The translations under genes and the position numbers were made by a program. From Malacoraja senta (taxonomy: Eukaryota), in the NCBI GenBank assembly GCA_038087875.1, contig CM075989.1, forward strand, positions 17,548,001 to 17,612,000: a stretch of DNA of 64,000 nt, given 5' to 3'. The notes beneath the pieces are model-generated. The model saw nothing but the letters and a program-made list of their open reading frames with translations, searched no databases and was not told the DNA's origin. Below, one piece after another: positions 26,131-39,490 of the stretch; the stretch's first letter is position 1; each line of letters opens with the position of its first letter.

Positions 26131-28229
26131 ACAGGGTGTTAATGATGTGAACAGTTTCACTATTAACCTTTGACAGAAAACAACCAGAACTCGTGGCAAC
26201 AAAGATTTGTCGCACACAATATCTTAATAAGTTTAGATTGATGTGCATCAACTGGCTTGTATTCTCAGAATTTCAAGCTCTCCAATCTTTCTAAGCTTCC
26301 AGCTCCGACACATACGCTAATGACTGACCCTGGTATCACCTCTAGGCCCGAGTGCCATCCCAGTGGCATCATTTACAGCATTCAGTTGTGTGAAATAATG
26401 CCAACAGAACAGCAATGCCCTGGTTCCAAGTAAGGAGATAGTTCACCAAGTGCACGACAAAGATAATCGTCAGAATCAGCCCCATGAGACAATGTACCCA
26501 AAATACTATTCCAACATCTTATCAATGACTCTGCTAGCTCATCCAATTATATCATTAAATAACCCCTCCGTTGTAATCCATCTTCTAAGTGAATGGGAAA
26601 TGTGGTTTCTGGAGTAACGCTTGCATGGAATTGCACGGAATTTACTGCTTTTAGAGATACAGTGCGGAAACAGGCCCTTCGGCCCACCGAGTCCACGACA
26701 ACCTGCAATCCCCATACACTAGCACTATCCTACTCACCAGGGTCAATTTACAATTTTGCTGAAACCAATTAACCTACAAACATGTACATCTTCGGAGTGT
26801 GGGAGGAAACCAGAACACCCGAGAAAACCCACGCTAGTCATGGGGAGAACATACAAACTCCATACAGACAGCACCCGTGGTCAGGATCAAACCCGGGTCT
26901 CTGATGCTGTAGAGCAACAACTCTACCGCTGCGCCACTGTGCTGCCCGTGGGTCAATGTTTATGCTCCACATCAGTCTTCTCGCTCCTCCTATCTACTTC
27001 CTTCCAGCTCCAGCTACTTATCCAGATTCCCCTTGAAGGCATCTATGGGTACTTGTTGTAACTCCTCTCTGTAATCTCTGCATTCGTACCTCTCTCTAGC
27101 AATAGATGTTTTTTGATTTGCTTTTGGATTTATTAATGTCAGTTTCATGTTCATGACCTCTTCATTTTTCCACTGTATCTCATACTTAGATATTTACTTC
27201 TATGTCATTCTTTTCACCAAATAAAACCGCGCCAAATTGTGCCTTGTTTATTATTAGCGGATAATAATAGGTGTTTCAGAAAGATTGTCAAATGGAAAAC
27301 ACGCAACTGGTCATGTTAGAACAGTACAGCACAAGAACAGGCCCTTTGGCCCACAATGTCTGTGTCGAACGTGATGGCAAGACCAAGTCGTACAAGAGGT
27401 AGCTGACGCAGGGACTATCGCAACATTTAGGAAACAATTACATAGGTACATGGATAGGACAGGTTCAGAGGGATCTCGGCCAAATGCAGGCCGGTGGGAC
27501 TAGTGTAGCTGGGAGGTGTTGCCAGTGTGGGCAAGGTGGGACGAAGGGTCTGTTTCCACACTGTGGAACATAGGAGCAGAATTAGGCCATTTGGCCCATC
27601 GTGTCTACCAGCATGATGCTGGGCAATATCAGATCATCTGCATGTTTACTCAAGGTGACAGCAGCTTCACCCCGCGGGAATCTCCTGGGAGATATCACTT
27701 TCACAGTGACTGCCTCAGGATTGCAGCATCCATGTGATATCAGGTTAGGATGGAAAATTCGTCACCCATCCCTTATGAGAAATGCAAACTAACGGAGATA
27801 CGCAGAAGACATTTGAGGACTAGAAAGGCAACTGGATACCAATGGCTGTGATAGCCATTGCTTTCTTTTACAAACATAAAACTAGCCAGAGAATATTTCT
27901 ATTAAATGAAAAGTAATCGAGCACATCAGGGGCCATATCCCTCTAAAGCTGTCCTATGCATGTACCTCTACTTGCTTCTTAAATGAATCGTTGAATTGAA
28001 TCAATGAGTTCTTCCAGCATGATTTTTTTAAACTCAAGATTCCAGCATCTGCAGTTTTTTGCGATTCCAACACCTTTAAACAATTAGCACTGAGCCTCGG
28101 ATAATATTCATTTCCACTTCAAAAGAATGTGATTACGGTACTCAGTTTCCCTAGAAGTTTCCACAAAAACCTGTTTTTAACTAGACTAAGATGGTTCAAC
28201 TTTTCTCCAAATTGCATTGTCTCCGATTT

Positions 28230-28527
28230 GGCGGCACAGTAGCACAGTGGTAGAGTTGCAGCTTCACAGCGCCAGAGACCCAGGTTCGATCCTGACTACA
28301 GGTGCTGTCTGCGTGGAGTTTGTACGTTCTCCCCGTGACCTGCGTGGGTTTTCTCCGGGAGCTCCGGTTTCCTCCCACATCCCCACAGACGTACAGACTT
28401 GTAGGTTAATTGGCTTTGGTATCATTGTAAACTGTCCCTAATATGTAGGGTAGTGCTAGTGTGTGGGGGTCGCTGGTCGGCGTGGACTCGGTGGGCCTGA
28501 GGGCCTGTATCTCTAATCTAAACTAAA
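28230..28527 (+). mobile_element. HE1-like tRNA-derived V-SINE (representative + copy)
   Basis: tRNA head with A/B-box-like tagcacagtgg...ggttcgatcc, V-domain gagtttgtacgttctccccgtg...ggtttcctcccaca, CR1-like tail + (ctaaa). Other + copies at ~31773-32066, 32838-33132, 41548-41860 and 54885-55215. Confidence 0.85.
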
Positions 28528-31439
28528 GACAGACACAGAAAGCTGGAGTAACTCAGCGGGTCAGGCAGCATCTGTGGAGAGAAGGAATAGGTGACTGGAT
28601 TTTCAGTCTGAAGAAGGGTCTCGACCCAAAACGTCACCTATTCCTTGTCTCCAGAGATGCTGCCTGTCCCGCTGAGTTATTCCGTGTCTTGTCTTTGGTT
28701 TGAACCAGCATCTGTCGTTCCTCCCTAAACAAAACGAACCCTGCATTCTAGCAGTGTTCCTGCTCTCTCTGCCACATGCATTATAAATGCGGCCAACTCA
28801 TTACAATCCCAGTTATTCCCCCGCGCAGTGTGATCTTTTGTCACTCTCCGCTGACCTGTGAAAATCAGGGGAACTCAGCTCGGTGACAGCAGTGTGCGGA
28901 ATGTGACATCAAAGGCTCATAATAGGAGGCTCTTAGACTGACAAAGAAAACCCATTCATCAGTGCACTTTGAAGGGATGCCAGCCAGCCTCTGATAGGCA
29001 TGCGATGCCCCTTGTAGCAAAGCAGCGCGATGAGCGGCCGGGCCCCAGGATAGAAATTCCACAGATCCCACTGATATATGTCAACATGACCTCTCTGGAT
29101 GTATTTCTTATGTTAGGAAACAGAAGTGTCGTCCAAATCTATCGGATACATTAGCGAGTGGGCGAGTTGCTGTTTCACTCTAAGACAATAGTTAACAAAT
29201 TTAAACCGAAAGCAGTCAAACTGTGAACAGCGGGGAATATGCTGTTGCTTCCTGCTCCTCGGAATCTGGGTGAGAGGGGGGGAAATGCAGCACGACAAAC
29301 AGTAGGAATGGTTGTAGCTGGAGGATTTTTATGTGTGCCATTAAATCAAGTCAAGACCCCGGAGCTTGAAAGGGGAAAGATGGCTTTTACTATCGTGTGT
29401 AGGAGGGAACTGCAGGTGCTGGTTTACACCGAGGGTAGACAACACAGAGAGTGCTGGAGTAACTCAGCGGGACAGGCAGCATCTCTGGAGAAAAGGAATA
29501 GCTTCTGATTCCAACGGTCCCGACCCGAAACGTCACCTATTCCTTTTCTCCAGAGACCCAGCCCGACCCGCTGAGTTACCCCAGCTTTGTGTGTCTATGT
29601 TGGCCATTTACTATGATGCCGTCCTCGCCCTTCATCCCCCACATACAGTCACAGCCTCTTTGATGGGGTAATCGCTGCCCAATGCAAAATCCCCCTCTCC
29701 ACTTGAATCTAATGGGGTAATTCTTCACTGGCTATATGATGTAATCTTGCAGGATGTGACCCGTCCTGGTTTGTGACAGAATTCAGCCTGAGATGTGTAT
29801 TGGGTCGAAGATAGACATGAAAAAAAACTGGAGTAACTCAGCGGGACAGGCAGCATCTCTGGAGATAAGGAATGGGTGACGTTTCGGGTCGTGTTTACAG
29901 CCTTTCCTCTCGTCCTCTACCTGGTTATGGTCTCAGGACACCCCCACCCCCTCCAGCCCACACTAACCCAGTCCCCTCTTCCATCAAAGTAGGCAAACAG
30001 CGGCAGGGGTTTAATACATTCCAACGGTGTGGACTGTAGAAGCTGCCAGGGAACGGATTAGCCATATCTGTGAGGATTACACGAGAGACGGCAGTTTGGC
30101 TCCGTTTGCACTGTGGGCTCCTAGAAGTGAAGCCTATTCTTTGCATCTGAATGGCAACATTTGAATATGAATAGAAGCCGCATTTCAGACCTTGGAAAAC
30201 AGACCGTCTCACTTTCACTTGTTAGGAGGCCGCTCTAAACATTGTGCTTTCTGCCACCTTTTTTTCTTCTAAAAAAACAATGTTTCAATCCTGTCTTCTT
30301 AAGAAAAATATAAAACGGATGTTCAGAAGCGCCGATGGAGAAAAAAAAAGGGGTCGGGTTCCAGCCTTTAATCAGTGGGTAGGTTTCAAACAAAATGGCT
30401 TCAAACGCCCAACTGCATATCTGCACCACTTCACCGTTTCCCGAGGATAGTCGAAGCAGAGGGCTCTTGTGAGGCGATAATTAGGCTCATTTCCCTGTAG
30501 TGTGCGTGGTTTATGCAGTTGCTTGGTGACTGGATTGTGAGGGAACAATGTGAGGGACTGCTCTTCTGACACACCAGGCCCATCGTTACCCCTACAGGGA
30601 TGTAGAGATGATGAATAGCTTCCCAGGGACAAACAGAGTGAAATGTAATGAGGGCCACGAAAGGAAAAGTAAAAGGCATCAAAGAGATAACGGTGGAAGG
30701 AGTAAAGTGCTTCTTGGATGTGATCTCATTCACTGAAGCAAACAAACTCCTGAAGAAGGGTCTCGACCCATTCCTTCTCCAGAGATGCTGTCTGGCCCGC
30801 TGAGTTACTCCAGCTTTTTGTGTCTATCTTCAGTTTAGACCAGCATCTGCAGTTCCTCCCTACAGAAACTGTCACCGTCAAGTTGTGAAGGTAGTTTAAA
30901 AATAGTGGCTTCACTCTTTCTAACTGAGGCAGTCTCACACCTCACACTTCCTTATCTCTGTGTCTCCCTCTCCCCTGACACTCAGTCTGAAGAAGGGTTT
31001 TGAGCCGAAACAGAAATGTCACTTCCTTCTATCCAGAGATGCAGCCTGTCCCGCTGAGTTACTCCAGCATTTTGTGTCTATATTCTAGCATTGGTTTTGG
31101 TATTGGATTATTGCCACTTGTAGCAAATTACAGTGAAAACTGTTGTGTGCGTGCTATCCAGTCAAATCGTGCTATACACGAGTACAATCAAGCCATACAG
31201 AAATACAACCAATAATGCAAAGAGAAAAATAAACAGCGTGCAGAATATAATGTTACAGCCTTATAGCATTACAGTTATAGAGAAAGTGCAGATTTTTTTT
31301 AAAGTGTAAGGACCGCATTGAGGTAGGTTGGAAGACTCTTAGTGTATGAGAGGTGTGTTCAGTGGTCTACTAATTGTTCCTGAATCTGGCTCCCACATGT
31401 ATTGATTTCCATTTATATAGAAACTTTCAGAGCCTTTAG

Positions 31440-32560
31440 ATGTCCTATAGTACTTTGAAGTGTAGCAACTGTTGCACAAAGTCCCACAAGGTGCGAGAAA
31501 ATATTGGCCGATCTCCATATCCTAGGAAACACATCTTGGAGAAGGCAGGCATTGATTATCACCCTGAGTGCAGCGGGAAGATGCAAATTGGGTGTCTGAG
31601 GAAAAGATTGTTCGATGATCAAGACTTCAAACCTACCACAAAGCTCATGGTCTACCACATGATCATGGTCTACCACACAGCAGACACCAGCGAGATACCA
31701 CCAAAGATAACACCGCTAAATCCTCCTAATCCACTGACATGACAAGCGAACTATCATCACCATCACCACTTATGGCGCAGCGGTAGAGTTGCTGCCTTAC
31801 AGCACCAGAGACCCGGGTTCGATCCGGGTCTCTTGTGCAGTCTGTGCAGCGTTTGCACATTCTCCCCAGGACTTGCCTGGGTTTTCTCCGGGTTCTCCGG
31901 TTTCCTCCCACACTCCAAAGACGTTCAGGTTTGTAGGTTAATTGGCTTGGTAAAACTGAAAATTGTCTTTAGTCTGTGTAGGATAGTGTTAGCGTGCGAG
32001 GATCGCTGGTCAGCACAGACTCAGTGGGCAGAAGGGCCCGTTTCCATGCTGTATCTCTAAACTAAAATCAGCATCCTCTCCCAGCCAACAATCCCCCGCA
32101 TGAAGGCTCCAGTTACACTCAGCCAGCTCCAGTGGGCACACCACACCTTGTACATTCCACCATGAGACTCGGCAAACAGGCACTCTTCATCTGAGGCCTG
32201 TCAAAGCAAAGCATTGCCAGGGGGACAGAGGAAAAGATTCAAGGGGGTTCATAAGTTCAGACGCGATAGGAGAAGAATTAGGCCATTCTGCCCATCAAGT
32301 CTATTCTGCCATTCAATCATGGCTGATCTATCTCTCCCTTCTAACCCAATTCTCCTGCCTTCTCCCCATAAATCCTGACAGGGGGTCCTCAGCGCCTCCT
32401 TGCAAATGTGTACCATGCCCACAACTCAAATGAATATCTGGGCCATAACAACTCAGACTGATGAAAGGACCATTCAGGGAGGCATTAGGAAGCTCAGCTC
32501 CATTCACCAGAGAAACACAGAAGCCCAGTGCAAACACATCCCGCGCTCACCCCATCTCTT
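31440..32560 (+). mobile_element. Old RTE-clade LINE remnant interrupted by a SINE and a CR1 tail
   Basis: PYLG..., GCLRKRLFDDQDFKPTTKLMVY, then LSQLQWAHH and GGQRKRFK-like segments. Confidence 0.55.
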
Positions 32561-34688
32561 CCCCAACAAATGCTCCTCAGAACCCACGAAATTACGGTGG
32601 AAGCAAGCCATCCTTGATCATCAAGAACCGTATTAGAAGTAGACTATCGTAATTTGGACACCAGAAATGCACCCAGCAAGCTCCCAAAAATAACAGTCTT
32701 GGAAGACGGATTAGAAAATCTATTGGAGTGATGTTAAGCAATAAATACATCCCAGCACCCAAGACCAAACCCCTTACAACAAACCTCAGCAAACTATCAA
32801 TGATTTATAAAAATAATTGATGCACTTTATTACAAGGGGGTACAGTGGTGCAGCTGGTAGAGTTGCTGCCTCACAACATCAGAGACCTGGGTTTGATCCT
32901 GACTCTGGGTGCTGTCTATGTAGAGTTTGCTCGTTCTCCCTGTGACCGCGTGGGTTTCCTCTGGGTGCTCTAGTTTCCACTCACGAATCAAAGAAGTGTG
33001 GTCTCGTAAATTGCCCCCGTGTGGAGGGTGTGGATGAGACTGTGGTCTCACATAGAACTAGTGTGAACGGGTGGTGAATTGTTGGCGGGCACTGGGTGGG
33101 CTGATGGGCCCATTTCCACACTGTAAACTAAACTCATTTTCAACCATGACTCAGCTCAGTGACACAAGGTCTGTCTCCTGTAAGGAATATAAGCATTTGG
33201 CCATTTATATCGACATATTCACAACTGTTTTGCACAGATTAAAAAAAAACGTAGCAGATTTTCAGTGAATGGCTTTTCGTTGACTTGCTGCGCAATAAAC
33301 AAAGCGTTTCAGGCAGTAATGCATTCTGCATCTGCTCATCTATCTGCCCTACTGCTGACAGATCTGACATTCAACACCCTCTGAGATTCTGGCTATTTGT
33401 TTCCACACACACAGTGTTCTCCACGCCTGCATTCTTCAACGTGAAACTCAGCAACTCCTGCGTTTTGTACCTGGACTGTCCACCCATCTGTCACACATGT
33501 GACAAGCCCTTCAATGGTAGAATGTGACCTCTCGTCACCTCGGCTACAATGCCTGTTTTAATTAAAGATGTTGTGTACCTCTTGCTGGCACCATCTGCCC
33601 CAGTCATTATTGCAATTGGTTCACCGTGCTCTCCAGAGAAGGATCCATCGCTGCCATCCTTACCCACTTTGATCAACCTGTAACTCCATGCCCACCTCTG
33701 TGGTTGATTCAAGATGAACAGCGAGCTCTGGACTTGCCAGTGACATCAACATCCCATGAAGAAATAAATATCGACCTCATTTATCTACCCCATCGGACTC
33801 AATGCTATTTCGTGCACTAAATGCTTTACAATTTTTCCCTTATCTGTGAACTGTGGACAGCTTAATTATATTCTTTTCTTTGACTGGATAGCATGCAAAC
33901 AAAAGCTTTTCACTTTACCTTGGTGCATGTGCCAGTAACAAATTAAATTAAACTAAAAAGCTGATAATCTCATAATGTGTAAAAACGCACACCTCCAGAT
34001 TCTTCCCAGCTGCTCTCAGGCAACTGAATCCTACCAACAACTAGAGAGCAGTCCTGAGCCACTATCTACCTCGGACAATATTTAATCGGACTTCATTGGA
34101 CTTTATCTTATCTTGCACTAAACATTATTTCCTTTATCGTGTATACTGTGGATGGCTCGACTGTGGTCGTGTATAGTCTTTCCGCTGGCTGGATAGCACG
34201 CAACAGAAGCTTTTCAATGCACGCATGACAATAAACTCAACTAAACTAATGCAGCCGAGACCAGTTCTGGTCTGCCTTCCTTTGACCTCTGCATTTCCGC
34301 TGCTCGGCAGGTTTCTGCGTGTTCTGGTTCGAGGCTGCCTGGATGGGCGATGTTTTGCTGGAGCAGAGGCAAGGAGCTCCCAGCCTGCTGTTTCATTCCG
34401 CTCTCTGCCTTGCACTAAGGATGGGCAGCACCTCCTCCCTTGTCAAATGCCCGAGGCCAACGGCTCAGTGTGAGATATGAGAAAAATCTCACCTCTCTCA
34501 CTCTGGGACGTTGCGCCATGCCTTCCTGACAATGACCCGCAGCCAAACGCTGCCTCGGATTTCAAACCACAACAAAAGGTTGGCGACTGATGTGTGTCTA
34601 CAGATCTTAGTCCTGCTTCAGAGGCAAGGGGAAGCAGTCCGGAAACACTCAGCAGATCAGGCAACTTTAGTGCGGGAACTGCATCGAT

Positions 34689-34716
34689 CTGAAGAAGGGT
34701 CTCGACCCGAAACGTC
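34689..34716 (+). ncRNA. Minimal hammerhead motif in a short non-autonomous pLTR (representative intact copy)
   Basis: CTGAAGA-A-GGGT-CTCG-ACCC-GAAA-CG-TC. Similar intact cores at 14099-14126, 20420-20447, 45892-45919, 55500-55527 and 56428-56455 (+), and 3363-3390 and 10680-10707 (-). Confidence 0.75.
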
Positions 34717-34949
34717 ACCCTTTCATTCACTCCAGAGATGCTGCCTGTCCCGCTGAGTTACTCTAGCTTTTTGTGCCTATCTTCGGTTTAAACCAGCATC
34801 TGCAGTTCCTTCCTACGCAATAACCTTTGAGAGTCAGGCCTGTAGAATGGTGACTGACACAGCAGGGTGGTAGAGGCCAGTACGGATCATCATTGATCAT
34901 CTTATCTAAGGTTACCACAGGATTTACGTCACCTGGAAAAATGGACAAA

Positions 34950-35780
34950 GGGAGGTCATTTGGAATTTAACCCAGACATGTGCAAAGTTATGCACTTTGG
35001 GAAGTTAAACCACAGTGACTGACATGGCACTGGGGAGTGTTGTGGAACTGAGACCAAGTGATACAAGTAAATAGTTCTGCAAAAGTGATGTGTAGGAAGG
35101 AACTGCAGATGCTGGTTTAAACCGAAGTTGGAGTAACTCAGCAGGACAGGCAGCATCTCTGGATACCACTTGAGGTCTGAGGAAGGGTTTTGACCCGAAA
35201 CATCATCCATTCCTTCTCTCCAGAGATGCTGCCTGTGTCGATCCCCAAAAGTGATGATAAACTCAGACAAGGCCTTTATCGGATGGGGCATTGAGTACAA
35301 GAGTTGGGACATCACTGTACTAGCGTTGGCGAGACCACACGTGGAATATTTTGTGTAGTTCTGGTCATCACGTTGTAGACTGGGATTGTTCCCCCTGGAG
35401 CAAAAGGGATGAGGGGAAACATGATAGAGGTTTAGAAAATCCTGAAGGTTACAGATACGGTGGATGATCAAGTCCATTTCCCAGGGTAGGGGAGTAAAAC
35501 TAGAGAGCACAGGTTTAAGGTGAGAAGAAAATGATTTAAAGGGGACCTGGCATGGGGTGGGGGGTGCAACAATTTCACAGAGAGGGTGGTGGGTGTATGG
35601 AACAAGCTCAACTATCTCGGAGGAGATAGTTGAGGCAGGTACTTTCGCGATATTTCAGAAACATTTAGACAGGTACACGGATAGGATAGGTTAGAAGGAT
35701 ATGGGCCACACGCAGGCAGTTGGGACTAGTGTAGATGGGACATGTTGGGTCGAAGTGCCTGTTTCCATGTTGTGTGACTC
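34950..35780 (+). mobile_element. CR1 LINE 3' fragment interrupted by a pLTR (35091-35243, TSD caaaagtgatg)
   Basis: EFNPDMCKVMHFG and RPHVEY motifs plus CR1 tail. Confidence 0.7.
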
Positions 35781-35874
35781 CAAGTGTGTCCATAATCTAT
35801 CAGAAAAAAGATCTTCAGTCACTGTAGATTCCAAACCCCTCACAGACTGACAACGGCTCTAGAAGAGGTCATAA

Positions 35875-36220
35875 GGTCATAAGTGAAAGGAGCAGAATTA
35901 GGCCGTTCGGCCCATCATGTCTACTCTGCCATTCAATCATGGCTGATCAATCTCTCCCTCCTAACCCCATTCTCCTGCCCTCTCCCCATAACCCCTGACA
36001 TCCGTACTAATCAAGAATCTATCTATCTCTGCCTTAAAAATATCCACTGACGGCCTCCACAGCCTTTTGTGGCAATGAATTCCACAGATTCACCACCCTC
36101 TGACTAAAGAAGTTCCTCCTCATCTCCTTCCAAAAAGAACATCCTTTAATTCTGAGGCTATGACCTCTAGTCCTTGATTCTCACACTAGTGGAAACATCC
36201 TCTCCACATCCACTCTATCC
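35875..36220 (-). mobile_element. CR1 LINE 3' end
   Basis: Reverse complement of the tail seen at ~55880-56200. Confidence 0.8.
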
Positions 36221-36720
36221 AGGCTTTTTGCTGTTCGGTAAGTTAGTGAAACTAGTGTACACATCCTCCACGTCCCTCTCAGCAGCCTTTCTCTTTTCGG
36301 GAAACGCAGCTCTCCGCGGAGACAGATGGAAGGACAATAGACTGCTGGTCATAAATCCTGCTTATTGACCAATACAATCAATGGTCTTCATCAGGGGAGT
36401 GTTCCAGGGGTCAGGTTGTGATTTACGAACCTGGCAGACAGTTTCATCAAATTACATCAGTTGCAGATGGTCAGACCCATTCCAAGGGAATTAGATTACT
36501 GATCAATTCAACATACATGGGACTCTGTACAGATTGGGAGATGGGTTTTCAAGCTAGTTACTTCATTTCCAACCTGGGCATATACGTGAAGTGATCACTT
36601 TGGTGCTGCAACTGATGGAAATGGTGAGAGACTGGGTGGTGCAGCTGCAGAGATGGGCGTAGATGGGCGTGTACATAAGTTGCTGAAGACTAACATGGAG
36701 GTGAAGCAACTGACTGTGAG

Positions 36721-37033
36721 GACACAACATGCTGGAGTAACTCAGCGGGTCAGGCAGCATCTCTGGAGAGAAGGAATAGGTGAAGGTTGGCCGTCTTGCT
36801 CGTCTGTCCAAGGAGAGCTGTTATCCTCGCCATGGACCATCTGAGCCCCGAGCAGCAGGCTACCTGATACCTCCATTGTCCCCCTCCCTGTCTCTCAGTC
36901 TGATCAAGGATCGCCATCTGAAACGTCACCTAATCCTTTTCTCCAGAGATGCTGCCCGACCGGCTGAGTTACTCCAGCATTTTGTGTCTATCTTCAGTGT
37001 AAACCAGCACTTGCAGTTCCTTCCTACACATTT
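36721..37033 (+). mobile_element. Penelope-derived pLTR insertion with inverted 5' segment and ~70 bp matching the flank of the 23.5-kb copy
   Basis: Imperfect TSD tgactg[t/a]gag (36711-36720 / 37034-37043); 36798-37030 is the reverse complement of ~23430-23662. Confidence 0.8.
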
Positions 37034-37475
37034 TGACTGAGAGAGCCAGTGGCTTGTAATGCTAGTGGATTTGAATGCAGAAGGAATGAGTCTGATTGCA
37101 GTAGTGTAGGGCATTAGTGAGACTGTGTGGAATATTGCATGCAGTTTGGTCTACATGGGATAAGAGGGAGTGTAACTAGGATTTACTGGAGAACATGAGG
37201 TTAGACAGTGGAGAAAGGAATTATATTCTCCAGAGTTGAAAGAATGATTGGAAACCGATCTCATCAAAACGTCCAAACTTGGCAGGCTGGATGCAGGAGA
37301 ATGTTTTTCCTGAATCAGAGGGCAATGTTTTGGAATAAGGCGTAGTCCCTTCAGGACTGAGTTGAGGAGAGATGTCTTCACTCAGAGGGCAGTGGACATT
37401 GCTAGCCCAGTGGTCTGAGAGGCTTTGGCGTTGGGCTCATTCAAAACAGAGATCAGTAGAGTTACTGGATATTAA

Positions 37476-37870
37476 AGGGCCTGTCCCACTTAGGCGATAT
37501 TTTAAGCAACTGTGGCGACAGTCACTGTCGCAGCGTGATGCCACAAATGCACCCACCCCGTGACAATGTCCATGACAAGCTACCACCTAGTCGACGTCAA
37601 GCTGCGACAAGCTACATCAACCGGTGACACAATTCCTCGCCACTCAGGGACGTCCACCTATGACCACACCTACGACAACCTTCGACCACACAGGTGGCAA
37701 CAGACGTCCCGAGTCGCGAGGAATAGTGTCGCCGGTTGACGTAGCTTGACGTCGACTAGGTGGTAGCTTGCCGTGGACATGGTCATGGGGTGGGTGCATT
37801 TCCGGCGTCATGGAGCGACAGTGACTGTCGCCACAGTTGCCTAAAAAATCACCTAAGTGGGACTGGCTCT
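37476..37870. mobile_element. PIF/Harbinger-type foldback MITE (~395 bp imperfect palindrome)
   Basis: Left end agggcctgtcccacttaggcga and right end tcacctaagtgggactggctct are inverted repeats extending ~180 bp inward. TAA TSD (37473-37475 / 37871-37873). It interrupts a CR1 3' end (gatattaa|gggaa). Confidence 0.85.
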
Positions 37871-39149
37871 TAAGGGAACCGAGGAATGCGAGGGCAGTGC
37901 TGAGAGTGGCACTGAGATGGGAAATGAGGCATGATCTGAAGAGACGGAGAGCAAGTGCAAGTTTCAGAGGTAATGGGGAGAAGGCAGGCGAATGGGGTTA
38001 GGAGGGAGAGCTGGATCAGCCATGAGTCTACTCCGACTTGATGGGCCGAATGGCCTAATTCTGCTCCTATCTCTTATGATCTTATGAGTGGCAGGAGTCT
38101 GTCTGCTGTCCTCCTGCGGCTAAGTTGGAAGCCGAGTTCATGTTTCCTACCACTTTGCCACTTTTGGCAGACAGAGGCGTTCCGAGACTCAGGAACACCA
38201 CAGTCGAGAATCTGTCATCATGTATATACAACAATAATAAACCATTTCTACTGCACAAAGTCAGCACACCAAATCCCTCTGATACATTAGTGGTTTAGGA
38301 TTCAATCTTACTCTTAAATAAATGCCTTTGACCTGGTAGCAACAATTCTGTAGCAATTTTGGATTCACTTTGTTCTGCAGTTTTCATCAGCCAGGCTGAG
38401 TTTGATGCATTTCCTAACTTACTCTGCTCAACCTAATACTTTCCCATAAAGACCGTCACTATGAGCTAACCTCCAAAACAGTCATACAAGCCAGCCTGTC
38501 CAGCATTTTGTGTGTATCTTGTGTTTAAACCAGCATCTGCAGTTCCTTCTTACTAATTCGCTTCGGTACAATTGTAAAAATTGTCCCGAGTGTGTGTAGG
38601 ATAGCGTTAGTGTGTGGAGATGGCTGGTCAGCATGGGTTCAGTGGGCCGAAGGGCCTGTTTCCGTGCTGTATCTCTGAACTAAGCTAAACGTTCCCTTCA
38701 GAAGGTCGAACATGGTACATCTTTGTCACCTGCTCCAGAATTTATTCAACAGGAAGCGTGAAGTGAGGCAGCTTGAAAGAGCAGCGTGTCAGAGTAGTGA
38801 CGCAGTCCTCGTGAAGTCAGAGAATGTGCTTAGAATAGCTGAAATCAATGAAAACCCGGCAGCTGGGGTAGATCATTGCTTGTGAAGGAAGGAACTGCAG
38901 ATGCTGGTTTAAACTGAAGATGGATACAAAAAGTTGGAGTAACTTAGTAACTCTCTCTTTCTCTCTCTCTCTCTTAGTAACAGGCAGTATCTCTGGAGAG
39001 AAGGAATGGGTGACATATCGAGTCAAGACCCATCTTCAGTCTGACGTCTGAAGAAGGGTCGCGACCTGAAATGTCACCATTCCTTCTCTCCAGAGATGCT
39101 GCCTGAGATACCGCAGCTTTTTGTGTCTCTCCGTAGATCATTGCTTCGT

Positions 39150-39490
39150 ATATACCCCTCTTCTCCCCTCTCCCATCAGACGAGGAGTACAGAAGTATGA
39201 AAGGGCACACCTCCAGATTCAAGGACAGTTTCTTCCCAGATATTATCAGGCAACTGAACCATCCTATCAACTCCTAGAGAGCTGTCCTGAGCTACCTCAT
39301 TGGAGACCCTCAGACTATCTTCAATCTGACATTACCTTGCACTAAACGTTATTCCCCGTGTCATGTATCTGCCCTCTGTGGATGGCTCGAATGTAATCAT
39401 GTATCGTCTTTCCCGATGACTCGCACGCAACAAAAGCTCTTCACTGTACCTTGGTAAATATCTCATTAAGCTAAACTAAAATGAAATAAG
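39150..39490 (+). mobile_element. Rex1/Babar-family 3' fragment
   Basis: Same C-terminal and UTR sequence as 4875-5340 in the opposite orientation. Confidence 0.75.

Noticed and set aside
28230..28305. tRNA-like sequences (also at other SINE heads)
   Set aside because: They are 5' heads of HE1-like SINEs continuing into the V-domain; not bona fide tRNA genes.
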